64,000 nucleotides of DNA. Origin: an uncultured Candidatus Saccharibacteria bacterium. Lineage in GTDB: Bacteria > Patescibacteriota > Minisyncoccia > Phycocordibacterales > CAIRYW01. How positions within the stretch are numbered: the first letter of the stretch is position 1; the number at the start of each line of letters is the position of its first letter. This document shows positions 55,893 through 64,000 of this stretch, piece by piece. The stretch lies in assembly GCA_964446625.1 (NCBI GenBank), contig CAYUPH010000001.1, forward strand, positions 70,283 through 134,282, written 5' to 3'. A program made the position numbers and the translations under genes. The notes under the pieces are model-generated. The model worked only from the letters and a program-made list of their open reading frames with translations, was not told the DNA's origin and did no database searches.

Positions 55893-56770
55893 TGAAAAAG
55901 CAAATATTTAAATTTTTATTTTTTGTCACTTTTTTTCCACTTATTTGCTTCGGCTACACCCCCCTTGTCCAAGTAGACGGCCTAACAACGAACCTTGATT
56001 CCAATAACCCAAACCTCATCAGTGAATACTTGCTTGGGCTTTATAAGTTTGGGGTAGGGCTCGCAGCAGCTATTGCTATAGTCCTCATTATTATTGGAGG
56101 ATTTCAGTATGCCACAACAGACGCTATCGGAGGGAAGGAGGATGGAAAGGAGAGAATAAGAAATGCTATTGGAGGACTCCTTCTTGCTTTGTTTTCTTTT
56201 TTAATTCTTAACACAATTGATCCAAGACTGACGAGTGTGGATTTTAATTTAGGAAACGCTGTTAAGGTTGATACAGATAGTGTGCTCGATATATTGCAAG
56301 ACCCAAACTTTATAGAGGAAGATAATTACTCAATTCCAGGAGTCACACCCGTAGAACCCGCTGGTGCGATTGGAGAAAAAACTAATATACCTGCGGGTAT
56401 TCGAGTTGATAGTCAAGGAAAACAAGTTGATATCACTATGAAATCCAGCTTAGAGCGCCTAAACCAGGAATTAGGAAAAAACAACATCGGATGGGCTGTC
56501 ACAGAGGCTTACCCACCAAGTAGGCAACACAAGGCGCCATGTCACCAAACTGGAACTTGCATTGATGCGAACTTCCGAAGTACTGATGCAAGTCCTGAGA
56601 ACGTAAAGAAATTTCTTCAGAGCGCGAGCACAGCAGGACTTCGAGCGGTCTATGAAGTTCAGTCTGAAAGTGAAAGAACCAGATTTGTAAACGCGGGTGT
56701 TCCAGCGGAAAGCATAGTGAACCTTGGAAGTTGGATCACTGCTCCACACTTTTCTGTTTATAGTAATTAA
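55892..56770 (+). CDS. Paralog of the previous gene: same pilin-like N-terminal module fused to an M15 (VanY/LAS)-like peptidase domain
   Basis: N-terminal about 96 aa identical to the upstream paralog. The C-terminus has CHQTGTCIDANF (H..G..D) and a terminal APHF, resembling LAS metallopeptidase motifs. Confidence 0.45.
   Translation: MKKQIFKFLFFVTFFPLICFGYTPLVQVDGLTTNLDSNNPNLISEYLLGLYKFGVGLAAAIAIVLIIIGGFQYATTDAIGGKEDGKERIRNAIGGLLLALFSFLILNTIDPRLTSVDFNLGNAVKVDTDSVLDILQDPNFIEEDNYSIPGVTPVEPAGAIGEKTNIPAGIRVDSQGKQVDITMKSSLERLNQELGKNNIGWAVTEAYPPSRQHKAPCHQTGTCIDANFRSTDASPENVKKFLQSASTAGLRAVYEVQSESERTRFVNAGVPAESIVNLGSWITAPHFSVYSN
55961..56248 (+). repeat. 288-nt direct repeat, copy 2
   Basis: Direct sequence comparison with 55037-55324. 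Confidence 0.9.
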
Positions 56771-56794
56771 TTATTTTTGAGGTAAAATATAGCT

Positions 56795-58186
56795 ATGCTT
56801 AAGAAAGTAGTTATCGCGCTCGAAATTCTTTTGGTAATTATTCTTCTTTGGGTTGGGTACGCTTTCTTCAAATTTAAAACAAACCCAAAAAATGAAACTT
56901 TTGTTGAAACAGCCAGCAACATTTTTCCTTTTGGTGATTTTGGATCGTCTCCAGATTTAAAACTTGGAAGTGGGGGTGGCGCAGTAGGCGACACGACACC
57001 TTCTCCAGATTCTACATTAGACGGAAACACTACAGATGATCCAAGCCTTAATACCCCTAGCGTAATTCCTAGACTGCGCCAAATTACCACTGTCCCTACA
57101 GCTGGTTCAATCATTGTTCCAAGAGAGAAAGAAATCATTAAAGACGGTAAAAAGACAAAAATTACAGAGTATTTTATTCGTTATACAGACCGTGCCACAG
57201 GACATGTGAGTGAAACTAAAACAGATTCCTTGTCAGTAGAAAAAATTTCTAATACAACTATTCCAAAAGTATATGAGGCTTACTATACATTCGGAGGTGA
57301 CGGATTTCTAGCAAGACTCCTTGATGACGATGGAGAAACTATAAAAACTTACTTTGTTTCTCTCGTAAAAAACACAGGCACTTCAACAGACCCAGCAAAT
57401 ATTCTTTCCCCTAAAGAATCGAGCATCTCATTTCTACCGAACAACCTCAGAGAAGTGTCACTTTCTCCTGACAGACTTTCACTTCTATCCCTTTCATATG
57501 GAGGAAGTGGGGGAGTAATTGAAGCAGGAAGTGTCACAGGAAAAAATAAAAAAACAGTTTATAATGGCGAACTTAGAGAATGGCTCATTGAATGGGTTGA
57601 CGCGGGACGCGCAATTCTTACAACAAAACCTTCTGGATACGTTGTAGGGTATTCTTACTTCCTTAATATGGTAAGTGGAGGATTTGATAAGATTACTGGG
57701 GGAATTTTAGGCCTTACAATACACGCTGCACCAAACACACAATTTATACTCGTTGGAGAAGGTGGAAACACACAAAACCTGTCAGTTTATTCCACGAAGG
57801 ATAGATCGCTGCGAGTAACTGGACTTAAAACACTCCCTGAAAAATGTACTTTTGCAAAAAAAGAAAAAAATACAGCGTATTGTCTTGTTCCTTTCATTCT
57901 TCCAGAAGGTGTATACCCTGACAGTTGGTATAAAGGGGACATCACGTTTTCTGATACCCTTTGGAAAATTAATCTCGAAAACGGTGAAACAAAACTAGTA
58001 GCAAACTTTAGATACCCATACAACCAAGAAATAGATGGAGTAAACCCAGAAGTTGCCTCTAATGATGCGTATATAACGTTTATAAACAAAAAAGATCTTA
58101 CTCTCTGGGGTTACACCATAGAAGAGCAAGTTGCTGCAACTACAACAAAAAGCACCGCTTCTTCTACAGCGGTGCTTCCTCGATAA
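56795..58186 (+). CDS. Membrane-anchored periplasmic/extracellular protein (hypothetical); last gene of the operon
   Basis: N-terminal TM and a 440-aa hydrophilic domain; no motif. Its 3' end overlaps jag convergently by 23 nt. Confidence 0.5.
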   Translation: MLKKVVIALEILLVIILLWVGYAFFKFKTNPKNETFVETASNIFPFGDFGSSPDLKLGSGGGAVGDTTPSPDSTLDGNTTDDPSLNTPSVIPRLRQITTVPTAGSIIVPREKEIIKDGKKTKITEYFIRYTDRATGHVSETKTDSLSVEKISNTTIPKVYEAYYTFGGDGFLARLLDDDGETIKTYFVSLVKNTGTSTDPANILSPKESSISFLPNNLREVSLSPDRLSLLSLSYGGSGGVIEAGSVTGKNKKTVYNGELREWLIEWVDAGRAILTTKPSGYVVGYSYFLNMVSGGFDKITGGILGLTIHAAPNTQFILVGEGGNTQNLSVYSTKDRSLRVTGLKTLPEKCTFAKKEKNTAYCLVPFILPEGVYPDSWYKGDITFSDTLWKINLENGETKLVANFRYPYNQEIDGVNPEVASNDAYITFINKKDLTLWGYTIEEQVAATTTKSTASSTAVLPR

Positions 58187-58631
58187 CTTTTTTGTATTTC
58201 ACTACAACCCTCCTGTCTTTTCCCTCTCCAATAGAGTCGGTTTCTATATCACTTAGACCTTCAAGGGCAGTATGAATTACCATTCGCTCATACGAGCTCA
58301 TCGGCTCCATTTCAACATCCATCTTAAAGCTCCTTGCTCTCTCTGCAAGAATGCGCGCTTTAGAAATAATAACTGCATCTCTCTTAGCCTTTTGTCCATT
58401 TACATCAAAACTAATCCTTTGCTCCTCACCAATCTCTTTCCCAAGAATCTTTTTTAAAAGGGTAGAAAGTGCATCAAACCTTTCGCCGTCTCGGCCCAAA
58501 AATCCTCTTTCATCGAGAGTTTGTATCGATATTAGAACTCCGTGGTCTGTGGCCTCTACTTCAACACTCTCAGGTTGTAGTAGAACCTTTGCAAAAAATT
58601 CATTAACAATAGATTTAACTTTCTCTTCCAT
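58164..58631 (-). CDS. jag: Jag/KhpB-type R3H RNA-binding protein
   Basis: KH-like and R3H motifs (ERMVIHTAL), canonical position downstream of yidC. Confidence 0.8.
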   Translation of the reverse strand: MEEKVKSIVNEFFAKVLLQPESVEVEATDHGVLISIQTLDERGFLGRDGERFDALSTLLKKILGKEIGEEQRISFDVNGQKAKRDAVIISKARILAERARSFKMDVEMEPMSSYERMVIHTALEGLSDIETDSIGEGKDRRVVVKYKKVIEEAPL

Positions 58632-58671
58632 ACCTTTACATCTTATCGATGAAAAAGGTTATGTCAACTTT

Positions 58672-59379
58672 CTATTCCTTTCGGATGTTTCTTTTAACGT
58701 ATATTTCTTGGAAAGTCATGAAAACGTTACGGACAGACCAATAAAGGGGGAGAGCACTAGGAAGAGTCACACCAATAAACCCAATAAGAATAGGGAAAAC
58801 ATACTTCATCTGGATTCCCATAGAATGCGAAAAGTTTTCACTAAATGAGCTTTCTGCTGTAGGTTTTTTTGTTTTAGGTGCTGCAATCTGAGCCTGCACA
58901 AACTGGGTAACTCCTGCAATAACAGCCATTACAAGGCTTTTCTCGCTTATATCAAGTAAACCAAGGAAATGCATCGAGACGGTTTCTGGCACCTTTACAA
59001 AAGAGTAGAGAAGTTCGGTATGAATTGTAGGTAGCCCTCCTCGAAGGAAAACGAAGTAGAGGGCAAAAATGATTGGAAACTGGATAAGCATAAGGAAAAT
59101 CATCGAAATAGGGTTAATCTTATGCCTTTTATAAAGCTCCATCATATGAAGTGCCTGCTCCTGTCTATCTGGATACTTTTCTTTTAGTGCCTTTAGTTCT
59201 GGATCAATCTGTTTTAGTTTGATTTGGCTTCGAATTGCATTCTTTGAGATACCAAAGAGGATAAAACTAACTATTATGGTTAATGTAACAACGGCAATAC
59301 CCGCGTCTCCACCTGGAATAACTCCAATTAGATACACTAGCGCATTGTAAAGGGGATCATAAAATAATGTGTGAAACAT
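58672..59379 (-). CDS. yidC: Membrane protein insertase YidC (short form)
   Basis: Conserved YidC core TM helices with the PLYW..V motif region; position after rnpA. Confidence 0.88.
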   Translation of the reverse strand: MFHTLFYDPLYNALVYLIGVIPGGDAGIAVVTLTIIVSFILFGISKNAIRSQIKLKQIDPELKALKEKYPDRQEQALHMMELYKRHKINPISMIFLMLIQFPIIFALYFVFLRGGLPTIHTELLYSFVKVPETVSMHFLGLLDISEKSLVMAVIAGVTQFVQAQIAAPKTKKPTAESSFSENFSHSMGIQMKYVFPILIGFIGVTLPSALPLYWSVRNVFMTFQEIYVKRNIRKE

Positions 59380-59409
59380 AGGGTAATTATACTATTTTTT
59401 AATATGCTC

Positions 59410-59733
59410 TCAAAGAGAAATTTTTGTAATTTCACCAAGCAAAAGAGTACTAAACTCTGAAAAATCCTTGTTTTTAAGCTCTTTCCGAAGAATTATAAGA
59501 ATAGAGCAGGCTGGTAGGGAACTCATGTTCGTGCGGAGAATCTCCTTTACCCACCTTTTATACTTATTTCGGCAAACCGCCCTTGGAAAGTCTTTTTTTG
59601 GAACAGAAATAGCGAATTTCTTTGTTTTAGGGCTATTTACATAGATAAAAGAGAAAAAAGGCGAGTGTATTTTTCGCCCTTTTTCAACAATTTCCTGGAT
59701 TTGGTTCCTATTTAGCCGGCCCGTTTTAGGCAT
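59410..59733 (-). CDS. rnpA: Ribonuclease P protein component
   Basis: 107-aa basic protein with the RNR-like motif (FAISVPKK...RNKYKRWVKE), immediately downstream of rpmH. Confidence 0.8.
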   Translation of the reverse strand: MPKTGRLNRNQIQEIVEKGRKIHSPFFSFIYVNSPKTKKFAISVPKKDFPRAVCRNKYKRWVKEILRTNMSSLPACSILIILRKELKNKDFSEFSTLLLGEITKISL

Positions 59734-59751
59734 ACACCAGGTTTTTAAGCT

Positions 59752-59889
59752 TTAAACAGTAGAAAGTCGTTTTCGACCCTTTCGAAGTCGGTTCTGAAGT
59801 GTTCTTGCACCATTTCGCATCTTCTTTCGTGCAAGAAAACCATGAGTTTTCGCTCGTTTTTTCTTTTTTGGGTTATATGTCTGTGACAT
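59752..59889 (-). CDS. rpmH: 50S ribosomal protein L34
   Basis: MSQTYNPKKKKRAKTHGFLARKKMRNGARTLQNRLRKGRKRLSTV is canonical L34. Start at Met 59889; the longer track ORF is spurious. Confidence 0.9.
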   Translation of the reverse strand: MSQTYNPKKKKRAKTHGFLARKKMRNGARTLQNRLRKGRKRLSTV

Positions 59890-59959
59890 GAAGAAAATAT
59901 AGCATATTTTTTCCATTTGACAAATAAGGAGGAAAATAGGGGTGAAATCAGGACTAATC

Positions 59960-59985
59960 CACTTTTCCACAACTTATCAACATAC
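59960..59985. promoter_or_regulatory. Two near-consensus DnaA boxes (TTTTCCACA, TTATCAACA) in the rpmH/dnaA divergent intergenic region
   Basis: Each differs by 1 nt from TTATCCACA; positions 59963-59971 and 59974-59982. Confidence 0.5.
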
Positions 59986-60039
59986 TTATAAACCTTACGC
60001 AAGTTTTTTTGAAAATGAAAGGCTTTATAATTTACTGCA

Positions 60040-61380
60040 ATGGAAAAAGATTTCTTATGGAAAAAAGTTTTAGGTGAGATGGAAATTATGCTTTCGAAAG
60101 CTAACTTCTCTACATGGTTTAAAGATACTTTTATTTTAAAAATTGATGATGGGGTAGTACACCTTGGAGTACCGAGTGCGTTCGTAAAGGATTGGCTCGC
60201 AAGCAAGTACCATAAATCTATTCTGAAAGCTCTTCGAGACGCTGATGAAGCAATCAGATCCCTTGAATACAACATTGTAAAAGACGAGCAAAGAAGAAAG
60301 GTAGAGGAGAATAATCGAAAACAAGAGTTTTTAGGTAGAGAACTGCCTCTTGGGGACCTTTACATAAACAAAGATGACAACCTAAACCCAAGATATACCT
60401 TTGAAAGTTTTGTTGTGGGCCCCTTCAATGAACTCGCGCATGCCGCGGCGCAAGCTGTTATTAAAAAACCTGCGACATATAACCCTCTTTTCTTTTACGG
60501 AGACACCGGGAGAGGGAAAACCCACCTTATTCAAGCTATTGGAAACCATATAAAGCAAAATTTTCCGGACAAAAAGGTGTTTTATATTCCGTCAGAAAAA
60601 TTCTATCAAGACTGTACTTCATCAATTCAAGAGGGGAAAGTAAACTCTTTTAAGGATAAATATCGAAAATATGATGTTATTATCATGGACGATATCCAGT
60701 TTCTCGCAAAGAAAGAACGAACTCAGGAAGAGCTCTTTCACCTCTTTAACAACTTGTATGAGAGCGGAAAACAAATTGTCTTTTCATCAGACCAGCACCC
60801 AAACTACATGCAAGATATTGAAGATAGGCTCAAATCACGTTTTGTCTCTGGAATGATTGTTGATATTCCTCCTCCAGACTACGAATCGAGAGCTGCGATT
60901 ATAAAAACAAAGCTAAATCAGCGAGGATTTCGCATTAATGATGAAGTAATAGACTTTCTAGCCAGCAATCTAGAAGGGAGCATCAGAGAGCTTGAAGGTG
61001 TACTGAATGCAATTGTTTGCCAAACAGAGCTTAGAGGGAAAGAGCTCGATCTCTCTGAGGTAAAACACCTCATAAAAGACACAGCAAAACCAGTTAAAAA
61101 CATCTCTGTAAAAGATGTGGTGCGTGTAATTGCTAAATTCTACGACATCGACGAAACCGAAATTGTCGACAAAAGCCGAAAGAAAGAAGTTGTAAAGCCT
61201 CGACAAATTGCCATGTATCTCCTTCGAGAAGACTTTAATATCTCGTACCCATCAATAGGACAAAAGCTTGGGGGAAGGGACCATACTACCGTTATTCACT
61301 CATGCGAGAAAATAAAGAACGATATTAAAAATAATAACCAACTAAACCAGGAGCTGACACAAATCAGGTCAATGTTGTAA
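60040..61380 (+). CDS. dnaA: Chromosomal replication initiator DnaA
   Basis: 446 aa with AAA+ Walker A GDTGRGKTHL, Walker B IIMDDIQF and the C-terminal DNA-binding HTH (HTTVIHSCEKI). Confidence 0.95.
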   Translation: MEKDFLWKKVLGEMEIMLSKANFSTWFKDTFILKIDDGVVHLGVPSAFVKDWLASKYHKSILKALRDADEAIRSLEYNIVKDEQRRKVEENNRKQEFLGRELPLGDLYINKDDNLNPRYTFESFVVGPFNELAHAAAQAVIKKPATYNPLFFYGDTGRGKTHLIQAIGNHIKQNFPDKKVFYIPSEKFYQDCTSSIQEGKVNSFKDKYRKYDVIIMDDIQFLAKKERTQEELFHLFNNLYESGKQIVFSSDQHPNYMQDIEDRLKSRFVSGMIVDIPPPDYESRAAIIKTKLNQRGFRINDEVIDFLASNLEGSIRELEGVLNAIVCQTELRGKELDLSEVKHLIKDTAKPVKNISVKDVVRVIAKFYDIDETEIVDKSRKKEVVKPRQIAMYLLREDFNISYPSIGQKLGGRDHTTVIHSCEKIKNDIKNNNQLNQELTQIRSML

Positions 61381-61614
61381 ACACTGTGTAAAACCTGTTG
61401 AAAAGTATCTTATAAACCCTTAAAAATATCTGGAAAACTAGAAAAGAAATCCACAAAAGAAAAGTTATTCACAAAGTGTAAAAAAATCTACCCAACAAAA
61501 CTAAAGCAGGGAGCAGTAAGATAACCTTAAAAAATAACCTTAAATCAAGATTTCCACATATCCACAGAGCTTTATTAATACAATATATTTAATTAATAAA
61601 ATAATAATAAATAC
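61381..61614. promoter_or_regulatory. Probable oriC: DnaA boxes TTATTCACA (61465-61473), ATTTCCACA and ATATCCACA (61550-61566) followed by a 43-nt AT-rich unwinding element (61571-61613)
   Basis: Box matches within 1-2 nt of consensus plus a near-pure AT tract immediately upstream of dnaN. Confidence 0.65.
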
Positions 61615-62712
61615 ATGACAACTGAAATATCGAGAGAGAAGTTCATAGAAGGTATTGGGAAAGCAGAGAAGATTTCTGGGAAGCATGTTTCACTCCCTAT
61701 TCTCTCTAGTGTGCTTATGCAGGTAAAAAAGAATGAGGTTGTTTTTGTCTCTACAAACCTTGATGTTGGTATTGAAGTACAAATCCCAGCAAAAGGAGAA
61801 GATGAGTATTCTTTTGTAATTAAGCCTGAACCCGTGAAGTCTTTCCTACTTGGAGCAAAGGGTCAAAATGTGTCTTTAGAAAAACGAGAAAATGTTCTTG
61901 AGATGAGAGTGGGAGACAATGTTGCTACGGTTAAAATTGAGTCTCCTGAAGAGTTTCCAACAATCCCAAGGGTATCAGAAGGGAAAGAGTGGTTTATTGC
62001 GTCTAAAGACCTTACAAAAGGAATTAAAGCGGTACTCTGGAGTGCTTCAACTTCAACAATAAAGCCTGAGATTGGAAGTGTGTATATTTATCAAAATGAA
62101 GAGGATGTTGTGTTTGTTGCAACAGACTCTTTTCGTCTTGCAGAGAAGAAGATAAAAGCAAAAAAAGCAAAGGATTTTGAACCACTTCTTATTCCGACAA
62201 AAAATGCATCTGAAATAATAAAAATTCTTGATGGGGTGAGCTCGGAAGTGAAAGTTATTTCAAGTAAGAATCAGATCTCATTTGAAGCAGAAGGAACCTA
62301 CCTTACTTCGCGTCTTGTTGATGGAAACTTTCCTGACTACAAGCAAATTATTCCTAAAGAATTTAATACGGAAGCAAGGATCTTAAAGGAAGACTTGTCT
62401 TCTGTTCTCCGAACAGCAGCGGTTTTTTCGGATTCATTTCATCAGGCGACACTTACGTTTATCCCAAAGGATAAGAGTTTGGAGGTGAAAACACGAAGTA
62501 ATGAGGTCGGGGAAAGTGTATGTAAAATAAAAGGTTCACTTGAAGGAAACGTGCTTTCGATGAATTTTAATCACAGGTATTTGGCGGATCCGCTTCAGTC
62601 TATTGAAGGAGAAGGGGTGCTTATAAGTGCTGTTTCAGAAAGTAAACCACTTATTATAAAAAATAGTGGCGGGAGTGATTTTCTTTACTTAGTGATGCCT
62701 ATGAATCGCTAA
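61615..62712 (+). CDS. dnaN: DNA polymerase III beta sliding clamp
   Basis: 365 aa with three-domain clamp architecture and conserved C-terminal LVMPMN. Confidence 0.92.
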   Translation: MTTEISREKFIEGIGKAEKISGKHVSLPILSSVLMQVKKNEVVFVSTNLDVGIEVQIPAKGEDEYSFVIKPEPVKSFLLGAKGQNVSLEKRENVLEMRVGDNVATVKIESPEEFPTIPRVSEGKEWFIASKDLTKGIKAVLWSASTSTIKPEIGSVYIYQNEEDVVFVATDSFRLAEKKIKAKKAKDFEPLLIPTKNASEIIKILDGVSSEVKVISSKNQISFEAEGTYLTSRLVDGNFPDYKQIIPKEFNTEARILKEDLSSVLRTAAVFSDSFHQATLTFIPKDKSLEVKTRSNEVGESVCKIKGSLEGNVLSMNFNHRYLADPLQSIEGEGVLISAVSESKPLIIKNSGGSDFLYLVMPMNR

Positions 62713-62713
62713 A

Positions 62714-62968
62714 ATGAATTTTCTTGGTGATTTTCTCGAGAAGTTTAAGAACATACGAGATCCAAAAAAAGATAGAGAATGTGTCTCAGAAGTTGTCACA
62801 GAAGTTCTAGGTGTTCCTGTTTCAGAAAAAGAAATTCAGATAAAAGACAAGGAGATAATCTTATCTCTTTCTCCAATTTTAAAAAACGAAGTTTTTCTTC
62901 GCAAAAATGAAATACTAAAAAAGTTACAGGAAAAGTTTCCAACTCTTCCTGTAACTCATATACGGTAG
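62714..62968 (+). CDS. Small hypothetical protein downstream of dnaN (possible DUF721-like by position only)
   Basis: 84-aa ORF starting 1 nt after dnaN; no motif recognised. Confidence 0.35.
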   Translation: MNFLGDFLEKFKNIRDPKKDRECVSEVVTEVLGVPVSEKEIQIKDKEIILSLSPILKNEVFLRKNEILKKLQEKFPTLPVTHIR

Positions 62969-64000
62969 CTATTTTTCGTGAGTAAAAGTTGTCGAGAATT
63001 GAGCGACATTTCCAGCGGAATCTGTAACGGAAGCTGTTACTGTGTTTATTCCTACTTCTATGTTTGGATTATTTCCTGTAATTCTTGTTGAAAAGTCACC
63101 GCTACTTTCTGATTTTACGTAGGTTCCGTTTATAAAGTAGTCTACTTTTGAGATTTTTTTGTCCGATACTATTTTTACTTCAAAAGAAATACTTCTTGAA
63201 CCCTTAAAGACTTCTCCGTTTTCAGGAGACGTAAAGCTACCGCGGATTGTTGACCCACCGGATGTGCCTGGAATTATATCCGTCGTTGTTGTGCTTTGGA
63301 GACCTGCCCATTTTTGAACAGAGTACTCCCAGTGGGAAAACTGTGGATCACTATAAGGGTTTGTAGTGCCGCCTCCAAGAGGATTTTCTTTGTTGATAAA
63401 GTAAAGAATCGAGTGGGGTATTCCTGATGAGTCTTGGTAAACTCCTCGGATCGCTGGAGGAACGGAATCAAGGGGAGAAAGTTCAGGTTTCGCAAACTTT
63501 TCATCAGGAAGCTCTTTGAGGACTTCATTAAAGAATGCGTGCCACATAGGAGCTACTATGTAACCCGCCACTTTCTTATCAATAGGACTATTGTCGTTAT
63601 TTCCCGACCAAGCCCCAATCGTAACTTGTGGAGTGTAGCCAACAACCCATGTATCTCTATAGTTGTTTGTTGTACCAGTTTTAGCAGCAACATCTCTTCC
63701 TGCATAGTAAAGTGAGCCATGGCTTCCGAAAACTGGCGCCCTTGCAGTGTCGTCACTTAATATACTTGAGATCGTGAGAGCCACATTTCTATCAAGGACT
63801 CTTGTTTTCTTTTCTTCCCATTCTTCAAGTACTTTTCCGCTCTTATCTTCCACTTTTAGAATGCCTGTTACAGGAACCTTCTCTCCTTCATTTGAAAAGA
63901 CACTATACGCACCTACCATATCAAGAAGAGTTACTTCTCCACCTCCAAGTACGAGTGAAAGACCGTATCTTTTAGGGTCTGTAATTGTTGTGATTCCCAT
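62969..64000 (-). CDS. Penicillin-binding protein 1A-family (transpeptidase C-terminal part plus C-terminal extension), partial; N-terminus beyond window end
   Basis: KTGTTNNYRDTWVVGY (KTG motif) and surrounding PBP transpeptidase-domain sequence. The reading frame continues past 64000, so the Met at the edge is internal. Confidence 0.8.
   Translation of the reverse strand: MGITTITDPKRYGLSLVLGGGEVTLLDMVGAYSVFSNEGEKVPVTGILKVEDKSGKVLEEWEEKKTRVLDRNVALTISSILSDDTARAPVFGSHGSLYYAGRDVAAKTGTTNNYRDTWVVGYTPQVTIGAWSGNNDNSPIDKKVAGYIVAPMWHAFFNEVLKELPDEKFAKPELSPLDSVPPAIRGVYQDSSGIPHSILYFINKENPLGGGTTNPYSDPQFSHWEYSVQKWAGLQSTTTTDIIPGTSGGSTIRGSFTSPENGEVFKGSRSISFEVKIVSDKKISKVDYFINGTYVKSESSGDFSTRITGNNPNIEVGINTVTASVTDSAGNVAQFSTTFTHEK

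Noticed and set aside
1-64000. CRISPR arrays, rRNA genes, transposases or IS elements
   Set aside because: No regularly spaced short direct repeats, no rRNA-like conserved stretches, and no transposase-like ORFs were seen. The only recombinase is a Xer-type tyrosine recombinase.

Overview
This is a low-GC (about 35-40%) bacterial chromosomal segment with tightly packed short genes, weak Shine-Dalgarno signals, many secreted or membrane proteins and reduced versions of housekeeping genes such as a short trigger factor and a short ValRS. That profile is consistent with a reduced-genome Candidate Phyla Radiation / Patescibacteria-like organism, but that assignment is inferred from content only. 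The provided ORF track omits ORFs that have no in-window stop codon; a large minus-strand ORF at 1-3324 was recovered by hand. Housekeeping content includes nusA, ppa, trigger factor, rsmE, def, clpP, RNase Y, HU, valS, CCA-adding enzyme, xth, a xer-type recombinase, rpsO, a NYN-domain gene and pnp, DksA-like, comM, an M23/LysM peptidase, pcrA, rsmA, the replication-origin locus (jag-yidC-rnpA-rpmH divergent from dnaA, oriC, dnaN), four minus-strand tRNAs (Gly-TCC, Pro-TGG, Gly-GCC, Arg-TCG) and three TrmB-family regulator paralogs. Accessory content: (1) A roughly 14.3 kb co-directional 13-gene operon (43854-58186) encodes a type IV secretion-like apparatus. It has a VirB6/TrbL-like polytopic protein, a PrgI/VirB3-like protein, a VirB4 ATPase split into an N-domain ORF and an ATPase ORF, and two paralogous VirB2/TrbC-like pilin modules that share a 288-nt near-identical 5' segment and are fused to two different cell-wall hydrolase domains (3D domain and M15-like peptidase). 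Several secreted or membrane proteins of unknown function are also in the operon. No relaxase or VirD4 was seen. (2) Two homologous structured non-coding elements lie directly downstream of the two tRNA-Gly genes; their termini mimic or complement the 3' end of the adjacent tRNA and each ends in a conserved terminator hairpin. (3) A roughly 1.2 kb island of about 55-58% GC carries one unknown gene with its own terminator. (4) A family of near-identical GC-rich palindromic terminators is preceded by GAATTARGAAT repeats. No CRISPR array, rRNA or clear transposase was found.
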